Assembly: GCA_051294375.1 (NCBI GenBank)
Contig: CM119271.1
Span: forward strand, 16,002,770-16,066,769
Direction of reading: 5' to 3'
DNA: 64,000 bases
DNA from: Paraspadella gotoi
Lineage: Eukaryota > Animalia > Chaetognatha
The notes beneath the pieces are model-generated. The model was not told where the DNA came from. It was given only the letters and a program-made list of their open reading frames with translations, and did no database searches. Position 1 is the first letter of the stretch; every line of letters starts with the position of its first letter. The position numbers were made by a program, and so were the translations under genes. Shown in pieces: positions 26,072 through 39,000 of the stretch.

Positions 26072-29000
26072 TTGAGGATCTCGGATTGATGATTATTAAA
26101 CGATTAATATTCATAGTTTTCTTCTTCAGACTGCGAAAATGTCTGACGATGATCGAGGATGGATATCACAACGACAATCCCTATCACAACGCTTTACACG
26201 CGGCCGACGTTTGTCAAGCGATGCACTGCTATCTAAAGGAACCCATTCTCAGCGAGAACCGTGAGTTGCTTTCCTCATTAATATAATTAGTTTGTATTAC
26301 ATAGTGTTGGTTTTGTCCAGTGAGCCGGTTGGAGATTCTCTCGGCTTTCCTCGCCTCCATTTGTCACGACTTGGATCATCCGGGCGTCAATCAATCGTTT
26401 CTCGTCGCCACCTCAAATCCTCTCGCCGGTGAGGAAAACGGAAGTCTTGAGATCCAATCTCGTAATTTCGCTTTCTATTCTTATCTATTTTAATGTATTG
26501 TCCACGGACTTACAGACAGACCGATAGAATGAGGAAAATGGATGTCTTGAGATCCAATCTCATAATTTCGCTTTCTATTCTTATCTATCTAAATTGTATT
26601 GTCCACGGACTGACAGACAGACCGATAGAATGAGGAAAACGGAAGTCTTGAGATCCAATCTCATAATTTCGTTTCTATTCTTATCTATCTAAATGTATTG
26701 TCCACGGACTGACAGACAGACCGACAGAATGAGGAAAACGGAAGTCTTGAGATCCAATCTCGTAATTTCGCTTTCTATTCTTATCTATTTTAATGTATTG
26801 TCCACGGACTGACAGACAGACCGACAGAATGAGGAAAACGGAAGTCTTGAGATCCAATCTCGTAATTTCGCTTTCTATTCTTATGAAATTGGTACAACCA
26901 ATATAAAACTTATCCATTCATTTAATAATTAAGCTATCTTGCCCTTGGCTTTGGACAGGCTTTGGTGGTTTAAAGCCTCCATCACTCTTACAAGATAATG
27001 ACATAGCTTTCAATCAAGGCTCTCTCACAGTCTCGTTTATTCACTCCTAGATTACCTGGCTTCCCTATCAATGAAGTGGTATAATATTTCAAAGAATGTT
27101 TCAATTGTATGAAAAGACCACTCCCTTAAGTATTAGATTTATCTATTTTAATGTATTGTCCACAGACGGAGACAGATCGACAGAATGTTTTTTTTTCATG
27201 TGTGGAAAGATTTTTTCAAGAAATTCTGTTACATAAATTTTTTTGGTCTCTCTCATTTTCAAATAAATTATCTCTGAAGAATACAAATAAAAATCATAAA
27301 ACTTATAGAAAATTCTTAAATTGCGACAGTACTACGCAAATACAATTATTCAAAGAACTCGTATCGTTTCGAATTATACTTCCTAATAATATACAATATC
27401 CTCTTTGTTCCTCGACAGCTTTGTACGAAAACACGTCGGTGCTGGAGAATCACCACTGGAGGGCGGGAGTGAGCATCTTAAGACAGTCTCGTCTCCTCGA
27501 AAGATTAGATGTGGACGTCGTCGCTCAAGTCGAAGCAAAGATCAAGTCACTCATTCTTGGTCAGTCACTTTTCAAGAGTCAAAAACTACTTTTCCCAATG
27601 AAATATTTAAAATAATATGAAATATCTCTCCGCTCATTGCTCTAGAAACAAAAAAATATTTGCCAAGGTAAAATTATAGAGTATTTATTATTTAACCTAT
27701 ATAATAATATAATATATTTGATCATATGACGACAATATGCAAATGAGTTTGTTGTTCCCCTCTCAGCGACGGACATCACTCGTCAACACGAGTTCGTCTC
27801 TCGATTCAAATCTTTTCTCGACGACGACGACGACCACCCACTCTCCATGACGTCGCCCGACTCTCGCCACTTCGTGCTGCAGATCGCGCTCAAATGCGCC
27901 GACATCAGCAACCCCTGCCGCAACTGGAGGGACAGCCGCAAGTGGAGCGAGAAGGTCGGTGAAGCGAGGTGGTCAACTGGTCAGGTCTAAATGTGACCTT
28001 TCCAAGTTTCTATCTCTCTTTTTCATAGGTCACGCAGGAGTTCTTCCAGCAAGGGGATTTCGAACGAGAAATCTGCAGCAACGTTACTCCGCTCTGCGAC
28101 AGGTATAGATTAATCATGATATTGATTTAGGTACTTGTATTTTCGAGAAATGCCTAATGATACCGAGTTCGTCAATCCGATTTGCATATTATAGTAAAAT
28201 ATCCAAAGTTATATAAATTATTAATTCGTCAAAAAACCTCTTTTCCAATAATTGTCATTTCTTTTCTCAACTCCTCTTGAATTTATCTTTCAGATTTTCG
28301 ACGTCTGTGGCCAAAATTCAGTTCGGGTTCATCGAATACGTTTGCTTCCCTTTGTTTCGCGAATGGAAGAGATTCAATCCCTCTTCGCTTTCCGGTGAGA
28401 AGAGGATCAATTAACCTAATCCTTCGAGAAGCTGACAACTGACGAACTTAGTTCACATGATTTTCTCCTTTAATATTAAAGATTGTTGGTAGGCGAGATC
28501 AAATCCACAGAGCCCGCTTTAAAAGCCCAACGAATAATCAATAATTACAAAATATAATGTTAATTGATTTTCAGACGTGATGCTAGAAAATATGAGTTTC
28601 AATCAAAAGCGGTGGAAGTCGCAAACTGAGGCGACGGAAGCCGCGGAAGAGAAGGAGAACCTCGATCCCAGTCTTGAACTCAGCGCGGCCAGACTCAAAA
28701 ACTCGCACCTGAGAAGGAGGCACAGGTCTGAGGAAAGAGGAAATTAGTAGCCGTGAAATGTGTATCCGCTTTTTCATATGGACTGTTTATCTGTTAAGAG
28801 CGAGTGAATTTACTGAAAATTTTAGCAAATATGGACGAATATTGGCAGCTTGGAATGTTATCAGATATGAATGATTTAATCGAACTATATCCTATATTTT
28901 ATTCCACTATTCTCCATTTTCCCCTTACTCAGCGGCGGCGAACTCCTCGTGCCCCGAACTCACTCCAAATCGGGCTACTCCTTTCGTCGCGGCTCCGGCG

Positions 29001-32000
29001 ACGAGCTCCTCCAACACCACGCCCACTTGATGTCGCGGGTTTCGAGACGCGGCAGCGGGGACGAACTCATACAGCAGCATCACGGGCCTCCCGTCATGCG
29101 GAGCTGGAGACGAGGCAGCGGCGACGAGTTGCTTCACCATCACGCGCATCCGATGCGCGCTACGCGACGAGGATCCGGCGACGATTTGCTTCATCATCAG
29201 GGGCCTCCGCCGCCGCGGGCGTTCAAGCAGAGCAGCGGGGACGAATTGCTGCAGCATCAGGGGCCTCCGTCGCAGCGTCCATCGCGGCGGGGCAGCGGGG
29301 AGGATCTGCGTGGGTCGAGGAGAGGTTCGTCGGATGAGGACATGATCGCTTATGCGAGGACGACGAGACCGGGCAGGGGTTCACATCGGGGCGAGGGTGA
29401 GTCTCACTTTTTGGATTGCTTTAATTCGAATTCAAATTCAAGTTATTTTAAATCCTTTTGTAAAGAGAGACAATGGATTTTTTTACGACGAAATTGGAAT
29501 AAAAAGTGAGAAAAACAGTTTGGTTAAGGGTTAATATTGGTTATGTAGCTAATTCTCTAAGCATTTAATTACATCCATTCCTGTCAAATAAAACAGTTCG
29601 GGTAAATATGAGTGAAAAAAAATTAATATTTTTATATTTTTTTCTTCTTTTTTAAAGAAATAAACGAAATGACAGTTGATGATATCTTGATCGACGATCT
29701 TTATGATCATTATGATCCTAATGACTTCGATCTCGGTGATCTCGATGAGATTTACGCTTCTCGTAAGTGACAATAGAATAATAACTGGACGGTGCGTTGT
29801 GATTAATTTAAAATAACGAGATATCACGAGAATGCTTGGATGGAATAACATCTACGCCTCTGTAAAACCAGTGATTGGGGTCTAACCCGTGATAAAAATA
29901 AAAAGAAATCCAGGAATCGAGTCGTTTAGTCTTTGAACGAGTATGTGAAGTTGATATTCGGGATAGACCGTTTAGTCTGACACGTCTGCTTGTGTCTCAA
30001 TCCCTTGTAGGATGTTTGTATTATGGCGCCCGTTGCTATGGATGTAAACCTGAAATCTTTTTTTCTTCTCCTCCCCATCATGCTCCTTTACCCCAGCCCT
30101 CCCATTTTCGCGGAAAGGCTCCTTCTCAGCGATGGAGTCTTCCGCGGGCCCCTCCGACGATGGCGTTGAGAGCGGATCTCCGGCGGCAGAGTCAATCGGC
30201 TCCTCGAGAGTCTCGTCGAGAGCTTCGCTCAACGGGTGAGTGGCTGCGGAAGAAGCTGGTGAGAAAAAAAGCTCCGTGTTAGATTTATAAATAAATGATG
30301 GGCGATTGTGAAGCTGATGAGAGGTGAATGATAAACGAATATTAGGAGAGTGGTTGGTGATAGGTGATTAGTGAGAGGCGAATGATTAATGGTTAATGAT
30401 TGACAAGCTGATAATCGGTGGAGGGCTAAGTTGTGATGAACCTTAGTTCAACCCTCAATCCTTCGCCCCTCTTTAGTTGCCTCGTCCCTTCAGAATTCCT
30501 CCCTCGTCGACACTCGCTCCCTCACGTCTCTTCCATGTTGGTCTCCGGCGGCGATGAGTCCGGCGCGGGCACGCCCCCATGGTCCACGCCTCCATCGGCC
30601 ACGCCCACAGGACGCGGTTTTATTTGCGTGGATTCGCTGCTTCAGTCTCAACGGGATTCGCTGACGACGCGTCGATCCATTTCCGCCGCGCGTCGATCAT
30701 CGATGCCGTTGACGCCGTCTTCGCAAGGTTCCTGGGGGGGGAAGGTGTTTTCTGGCTTAAGAGAAGGTTGGGTAAGCGACACGGAGTGTAGACTAATATG
30801 AAACTGGGTAATTTCACTCTCAGGAAACGCTGCGCATTTAAAAGCTTTGGGCATCGGGAGCGCGGTTATGGAGAGACTTCATTACATCTACGGTCGGGCG
30901 TTGGCGGGAAAGAAGACCAATTATCCGCCCACCATCGTTGGTGAGGAAACGGAATGGCCTATCGGGTTCTTAAAGAAATAATTGCTAACTTTAGTCATTC
31001 TTATCATTACTGTGTGGAAGACACTTCGCCGATCCACAAGCCAGTCGCTTTGGCCGAAGATATTGATATGAAATCTCTCTCTCTCTCTGTATTTATCAGG
31101 TTTATTATTTCTCTCTTTCTCTCTGATGTTAACTCCGAGGTCATTGTTTACTTGATAGCCAATATTTTCTATAAAATTCACTCTTGAACATCGCTAATTT
31201 GGCTCCCGTTTTATCTCTCATAATAAAACTTCCTATTTCTCTTCTACTTATCCATTTTAAAATTAAATATTTATTATTTATTTATAATAGGGGACGACAT
31301 GCCTTCTTGGGTTAGGGAATTCGTACCCGACTTAGTTAAAGCGATCGGATCCGAATTTAATTCCAAACTGCAGGAATGATTGATTTCTATTAATCTTCTT
31401 TGATTTAAAAAGTCTTTAAAAGTAATCTTTCTTCATATCCATAATATTAATATTTAAACTTAATTTAAAGTATTTTCCTACATCTATAAGAAAGCTTAAA
31501 TTAGTTATTCCCTCGACGATCTTCCCCTCAGGTTCTCCCACCATCCCCCGCTTGAACCCCATGAGTTCTCCAGCCTCCAGCGTCCAAGAGGCCCTCGACT
31601 CCCTCGACTCCGACGTTGCTTCTCTCCATCAATCGCTCTGCGGAAAAGCTGGCGCCAAATGGTGGCGAAGCAAATTGGGAACCGAAGCAGGCGGCTCCAT
31701 CAACTATGCAGTGAGTGTGGAGATGGAAAGGGATTGATGTCTGGAGCAAATGGGGAACCGAGGCAGGCGGCTGCATAAAATATGCAGCGAGTGTGGAGAT
31801 GGAAAGGGATTGATGAATGAAGCAAATGGGGAACTGAGGCAGGCGGCTCCGTCTACTATGCAGCGAGTGTGGAGATGGAAAGGGATTGATGAATGGAGCA
31901 AATGGGGAACCAAGGCAGATGGCTCCGTCTACTATGCAGCGAGTGTGGAGATGGAAAGGGATTGATGAATGGAGCAAATGGGGAACCAAGGCAGATGGCT

Positions 32001-34093
32001 CCATCTACTATGCAGCGAGTGTGGAGATGGAAAGGGATTGATGGAGTAAATTGGGAACTGAGGTGGGTGGCTCCGTCAACTATGCAGTGTGTGAAGTATG
32101 GAAAGAAATTTATTGAGCATTTATTTAATGAGCGTGGGGTTTGAACGGGATTGATTGATGATAAGCAAATTGAGAAATAAGGGGGGTGACGCTGTCAACT
32201 ATGCAGTGTGTAGGGAAAAAGATTTATCGGTCCAGCAAATTAAGAAATGAAGTGGGGTGCGTCTTCAACTATGCAGTGATTGTGGGGGATTGAAAGGGAT
32301 TGATTGGTAGATCAAATAGAAAATGAGGTGCGTGGCGCCTTCAACTAAGTGGGGGATTAAAAAGGATTGATCGGTAGATGAAATGGGAAATGAGATAGGT
32401 GGCGCTATCAACTATGCAGTGAGTGTCGCGCATGGAATGATTAATCGGTGGAGCAAATTGTGAAACAGGGGGCAGCGCCGTCAACTATGCAGTGAGTGTG
32501 GATGATGGAAAGGAAGGGATTGAGAACAGCTATGGCTGAGATTATAGAGAAAAACGCATGTAAGGAGAAAATCGTGTCAATCGTTTCACCCTTATAGTAC
32601 CAACCTCTTCGCGTTGATTTGGAGGCTTTGATCAAATCACACCGCTGCCACCAAGTAAAGAATTTTGTGAAAAAAATTGAATCGAATAAAGAATAATTTT
32701 TAGTCAGGAGATTGGTCGCGGATGGCAATTTCTTTCTTCCCCCTTACACTGAATTAGTACGTTTAGATTATTTAACTGACCATGACTTTCGATATTTATA
32801 TTAATAAAATCTTAATAAATAACCTAATCCTCTCCCCTCCCCCTCAGACTTTCCCCCTCGAATCGTGGATGCATCGACCCAGAATCTCTAATTTGTCTCC
32901 CAACGTCGACGTCTCTTGGTTGGCCTCTCTCTCTTATCAACGCCTCTTGAGGAGGAATCCTCTCAGGCGATTTTCAAAGAGGACGCCGTCGAGATTCCCT
33001 CTCATCGTGGCCGGTGAGGAGAAAGGGAGGGGTTGCTGTTGTTGTCTTTTTTTAATCTCTCCCTTCTTCCCCGTCTCTTTCCACGTCGAAGGCCCGAACG
33101 GAAAATGTCTCGAAGTCGGCGCCAGCGGACGCGTTCTCGAGACCGTTCCCGCGACGCCGGATCCTCTTCACGTCACCTTCGAAGTCGCCGCTTCTGGCGA
33201 CGCCGCGACGTCATCGGCTCCGGTTCCGGCGTCTTCGCCCCCCGCGGCCGATCCCAGGACAGAAAGCGGCGACGAACGATTCGCGCCCGTGATCGTCGTC
33301 AGTCCTGAAGGCGTCGACGGCGTCGTCCTCGAATCTTCTCCCGCGGCGTCGATGCGTATTTCGTCTTCCGTGGAAACGTCCGTCGCCGAATCGACGCCGA
33401 CTTCGGTTCCGGCGAAGGCGGCGTTATCGGCACCGACTTCGGTTCCGGCTTTGGCGTCACCGGCGACGGCGTCTCCGCGTTCGTTACCGATTCATTCCCC
33501 GATCTTGTCTTCCGATTCTTTCCCTTCCGTCGACGCGGCTTCGCCCGCCGCGGCGCGATTGGCGACGCCGACTCCGCCCAGAGACGCCGCCTCCGACGAG
33601 AGTGGCGCCAAGCGGATCGTCATTCATCGTCACGAGCAACGACTCATCGTCAAGACTCCGGACGGCGACTCGACAGAGAAGGTTGGACATATGGGAGTTT
33701 TCATATGTACTTTTAATTTATAGTAATTCAAATTATTTTTTTTATTGAACATGACATCTTAATTAAACTTGACAAGTTAATTGAATTATCAACTAAATTT
33801 GTACCGTGTCAATGTTTATGAAATTATCCGAAAAATCCGAATTCGGTTATAAGTTAATCAGGTTATATGATGTAATTTTAGGTTATGCCAAGTCTCTTCC
33901 TCCCAAGGTGATCGTAACGCGATTCTCCAAGTCTCGGGAATCTTCTCCCGCAGCTGGTCGTCGACGCCTCCGTCTCAGCCTCTCGGCCGGAAACGTGGGC
34001 ACGGGGGCGGTGGCGCCTTTGTCCTTGATGCGGGGGGCGGAGGAGGAAGAGGAGAAGGATGGAAAGAGGTTGGGATCCTCTGAGGAAGTCTAG
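23592..34093 (+). CDS. PDE7: cAMP-specific phosphodiesterase 7 with a long low-complexity C-terminal extension
   Basis: Shows KRRGASSL...SLYLRKFG (PDE7 N-terminal RRGA motif), [69 protein letters not shown] and EFFQQGDFE. Downstream exons can be joined in phase to TAG at 34093; tail exons are less certain than the catalytic ones. Confidence 0.87.
24030..24325 (-). mobile_element. tRNA-derived SINE-like element (second copy at 48017-48176)
   Basis: The minus strand reads GGTGGCTCATTGAGTAAAGC (A-box-like) ... CCGGGTTCAATCCC (B-box), then a body and an AT-rich tail. It is clearly homologous to 48017-48176. Confidence 0.75.
26430..26885. repeat. About 100-bp tandem repeat, 4.5 copies, in a PDE7 intron
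   Basis: Unit starts GAGGAAAACGGAAGTCTTGAGATCCAATCTC at 26431, 26531, 26632, 26731 and 26831; a partial copy lies near 27140-27187. Confidence 0.95.
31670..32520. repeat. About 76-bp tandem repeat, roughly 11 copies, increasingly degenerate, in a PDE7 intron
   Basis: GCAAATGGGGAAC...CTATGCAGCGAGTGTGGAGATGGAAAGGGATTGATG recurs at 76-bp spacing (31670, 31746, 31822, 31898, 31974). Confidence 0.92.
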
Positions 34094-36075
34094 CTTTTCT
34101 TGGAGGATCTTGGGTCGAGGAAAATCTTTCTAACCAAATCTGGCGACGGAATTTGTATTTTCATTTTTAAAACGAATCCCTTGGGTTTTTCTTATTTTTT
34201 TTGTTTTCACTTATCTACTGACTTTGATCAAGTTGTTATGCGCAAAAAAGGAAATCCTTTGAATTCCTTTTTCGACATATTGATGATATTAAACAAAAAA
34301 TACATATAATCTAATTTTTTGTTTTTTTCTCGGCTTCGCCTTTTTTGCATGCGTTTTTTTTTGCTTTGCGAAAACGATTCATCACTAGTACATTATTCTG
34401 TTGACAATGTAAATGAGATATTTTTCATTATTAGTATTATTAATATTGCAATTTGAATATTATTCAATCTTCAAAACCGATTAGTAAATTATATTGTTTT
34501 ATCATTTGCGTCCATTGTGTAATTATTCTTGCTCCCTTGGTTTTGTTTTTGGTTTTTGTTGATGAGACAAGTATCAGTGCGAAAAATTCCAAGGTATTAG
34601 TATTTTAAAAAGAAATTGTTTGGAAAATTTGAAAGGGACTACTATTTGGCTTTTTTGTTAGGTGTTAAGTGACATGATTTATATACTAATTATACAACTC
34701 AGTCTCAGCTAATTCGACTGAAGATTAATTATCTTTAATACCTTTTTTTAAATTTGTATTTTCTCTTAATAATATTTGTTGTTGTTGCTCTTACAACCTC
34801 GAGAAATTTCTGACTCGGATGCAGACAGTGATTTTTAAAAAAAAAGCGATCTACGCCAATCCTTTTTACATATATATAGTGTTATAGAATAACTAATATG
34901 CATTTTCTTCGTTTAATATTGTATCTAACTTTTGTGGAAACCCTGGGAATGTAGGCTGCATAGTGCACGAGTCTGGTAAACCGATGTACCGGTAGATAAA
35001 CTATACTAACGAATCGAATACTACATCTTAAAAACTCATGCAACATTATTCTTGCAAACTGAACTGTTCTTGGTTTCTTGAGAAGGAAAACATTTCATTT
35101 TCCGCACAATCTAACGTTTTTATTATTGCTATAGAGATTTACAATCTAGATACTAAAAAGAGTATTGCAATTGTCATTTTTTTCCCGTTTATATGAACAT
35201 TAAACCCGTACTATCTGCATTATGATGATGAGGATGATGATGATGATGATTATTCCCGCTTTAAAAAAAAACAAAAATTCTACTACCAATAGCGCAGCTT
35301 TTTTCTTCAGTGCCAACTTTTTTTTACTTACCTCGGATAAAGCGTTTCTCTCTCTCTCTAGTCTCAGATAATCTCGAAGGATTGTTCGTCCTAGATATTA
35401 TTTAGCTTTTTTCCTATACATTCAATCGTCGATGTTGTTCATTTATCGTTTTTTCAATATTGTCTCTCTCTCTTTTTTTTCGATTTTGTCGAATAAAATA
35501 CAAAAATAAAACAAAACAAAAAATACTTCTCGAAAAATCTCCTTTACACTTTTCTCACATTTCTTCTCTCCTCAACGTTCCTCTCCTCTCCTTTCCTCCT
35601 CTTTCCATTCTCATCTCCTCAACGTTCCTTTCCTCCCCTTTCCTCTCTCCTCCTCTCCTCAACGCTCCTCTCCTCTCCTTTCCTCCCCTTTATTCTTCTC
35701 TCCTCTCCTCAACGTTCTTATCTTCTCTCAATCTTCCCCTTTTCTTTCCTCTCCTCTCCTCTCCTCTCTTCTTAGTCCTCTTCTCTCCTCTCCTCTCCTC
35801 TCCTCTCCCCTCCTCTCCCCTCCTCTCCTCAGCGAAGTTTTTTATTCTTTTTCTCTGAACGTTTTTATGATCAGGTTTTTTTCGCTGCTTCTACCGCGAT
35901 TATACAAAGATAAAGACAGAAAAACTGACTAAAAAGAAATGCTCACGCAAATTAGCGAAGATGAATGACTATCGTGCAAACACTCACTGTTCTGATTCGG
36001 ACAGAGTTTTAAATTTGAAAGAAACTTGAAGTAAAACATGTAATACAACAACAACGAAAACAAAACCGATTAAAA

Positions 36076-39000
36076 ATGATTCTCGGTTCAGTTCGAAAGT
36101 CGTTGTTGTCGTCGTTGTCAACGTCGCTTCGTCGAAAGAGATCTGCGCTACTCCGGACGCTGACGTCATCTCCGCCGGAAATTACAGAGACTCGAGCGGC
36201 GCCGAAAAATCCATCGACTCGACTCGATCCCTTCAAGAATCCCGAGCCGGTTTTGCCCCGCGAGAATAAGGGAGACGCGAATCCAACGTTGGTTGATTGG
36301 GCCAGCGTCAAAGTAGGGCCTAGATGGGGTTAGGGCTTAGATGGGTTTTATGGGGTTGGGATTTAATTTAGGTTTAAAGCTTGGGTTGGACCGACTTAAC
36401 GCTTTGATTGGACAAGATTAGTGAATCGTGTTTCATAGATTTTTTAAAGCATTTTCGTTACTTAAATAGAAAAATAGAAAATAGTGAAACAAGTACTTTG
36501 CAAATTTTCATAACTTGAAGTAAAACTTAACAATGAAAAATTATCTACATTAGAGATTGGGTGAAATTGAGAAGAAGAATTGGATGTAAAAAGTTATAGG
36601 TTTGATCAGATTTGATTACAGTTGCGGTGAAATGAATTTTAGTTAAGGTAGGACAGGTTAAGTGTGTGAATAAACTAGAATCTTGTGAAGTCCGGCTTTA
36701 GTTAATTGGATTTGAGGCTTGGGTTAGTTAGAATTGAACCTTGGGTTGGATGAGATCGAGGCTTTTGTTGGATGGGATTGAGGCTTTGGTTGGATAGGAT
36801 TAAGGCTTTTGGTTGGATAGGATTGAAACTTTGGTTGGTACGGATTGAGGCTTTGGTTAGTTGGAATTGATGCTTGGGTTAGTTGGAATTGAGGCTCTGG
36901 TTAGTTGGGATTGAGATAAGATGAGTTGGACAGGCTTTGGTCTTTGTCGAGTCACTACGTCTTCCTCTTTCCTCCCTCCTTCAAGTTCCACGGTGGCGCC
37001 GGCGGTCCAGGCGTCATCCGATTCACGAGTCACTTCTTGCGCGAATACGCGGGACCCGACGGCGGCGACGGAGGCAACGGCGCCCACGTTGTTTTGAGGG
37101 CGAAGACCGGAGTTTCTAGTCTGCAACATTTGCCCAGCATCGTGTGGGCGGCGGATGGACAGAAAGGGGAGAAGTGAGTTGGGGAGAGGGGGTTGGTTTG
37201 GAGATGAGAGAACGTGAGGTGGGGAGAACATGGAAAGAAGTAAAGATGAAGCGGTGGGGATAGAGAGGAGAGCAGTTCGATGGAGATTGGATAGACTTTA
37301 AAAGATCCTTCAGACTTTATTGGCAGAATTTTTGAAATCTTCTTCTAAAGAAAAAAGAATTTTATTTGGTATTAGCTATTAGGTCATTTCGATTCTTTTC
37401 TAATTATTACATAAATATCTTCCCCTTTTCATTTTCTATCTCTCTCTCCCCCCATCTTTCTCTCTCTTTTCCCCCAGAAACAACTGCTGCGGGAAATCCA
37501 TGGATCATCTCTTCATCGACGTCCCCGTGGGGACGATGATCAAAGACGCTGAGACGAACGAGTTGCTCTACGATCTCGTCGAAGACGGGCGGATCTACGT
37601 GGCGGCGAGAGGCGGAGCCGGCGGAAAGGGTGAGGTGTGGACGGGAGGTTGGAAGAAGGCGTGGCCTTGAGAATTGGGGCTGCGTTTAAGGGAACATGAG
37701 ATTCATGAACTCCAATGATTATGACCTCATCTGAAATCGTTATGAAGTTTTAATATGCGATTACTTAGCTGTTCAAGCCAATGGAACGAGCTGAGTTTCA
37801 CCAAACTATACGGAAAAGAGTATTTAGGATTCACCACACATGCCCCCCCCCCCCAAGATAGCAAACTGATGTGACCAAGCCCAGAGTGACTGTCTTGAGA
37901 ATAGACACTCATTGCCACAGGGAGCGAGTTAGAAGTAGGGCATAGGCGTAGGATGCATACCCTAAAGCAACATCATGAGTGACGGTATGCAGCAGTTGCG
38001 TTTTCGATAGTAGGGCTCACCATTTATGGCAACAGGGGTACATGTGTGATGCCCGGGGTGTGAGGCATCTCCCAACAGCTAGCGCTCAGGGCTTTGGACC
38101 ACCACTCCATGTCACTGGCGTGTTTATGTCGACACCATCACACTTTAACCAATACTTAGCTGTCCAAGCCAATGGGATGCGCTGAGTTTCACCAAGCTAT
38201 ACAGGAAGCTAATTTAGGATTCGCCACAATACTTAATTTTCTTTATTATCTATATTATGTAATTAAAGTACTAAAAAGACAGTAATAATTCTTGTGTTAA
38301 TGACAACCGTTCAATATAAGCAGTCCCTGAGCTTCGAATCAAGCTGTAACACCGTGTTACAGGCAGGCAAAGCGCCCCGTTCCTATTAACTGCTCGGCGA
38401 CCACCGGGCTAGAACCCCGGACCTTTGGCTTGGGAGGCGAATGCCTTGCCTCCTGCACCAATGGCCGCTGATTAACAGTTTGTGGATTTTAGTCAACCAT
38501 AGTACATTTATTTACATGAAAATTTGCAAATTACTTGTTTCACTATTTTCTATTTTTATATTTTATTAAGGATTTAGTATTTAATCTATATTATTTAAAC
38601 AATATATATTGCTTTCTTTCTTAAAAAAAAAATTTTTACTTATTATTATATATAATATATATCTAATAACTCAATTTGGGAAGGGGAAGTCAGTGTTGTC
38701 TTCTGGAAATAGAGGGAGCATCTATAGCCATCTATACATCACAAGGTTAAATTACAATCTGTCCTAGTTTTCTAATAGATATCACACATCATTTCTGTTC
38801 GAAAGTCATTAATGAAAAATCATAATATCTAAGAGGCTGAACAGAAAGGGGTGGGAATGGATAATTTTTTGAGGGGGGACCAAAGTTATATGTGATTTTT
38901 TTTTACCAATAGGGATAAGACTACCATGTAGAATTGTATGTTCTGATTTTGGTAACGTGAACGCTTTATTTTACCTCAGGCAACGCGAGTTTCTTGACGA

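Noticed and set aside
32782-34093. 313-aa ORF as an independent gene
   Set aside because: It includes intronic sequence, and its exons join in phase to the PDE7 tail, so it is treated as part of PDE7 pending cDNA.
38396-38468. Functional tRNA-Gly gene
   Set aside because: Anticodon-stem mismatch, non-canonical T-loop and D-arm, and no oligo-T terminator; retained only as a pseudogene or SINE head.
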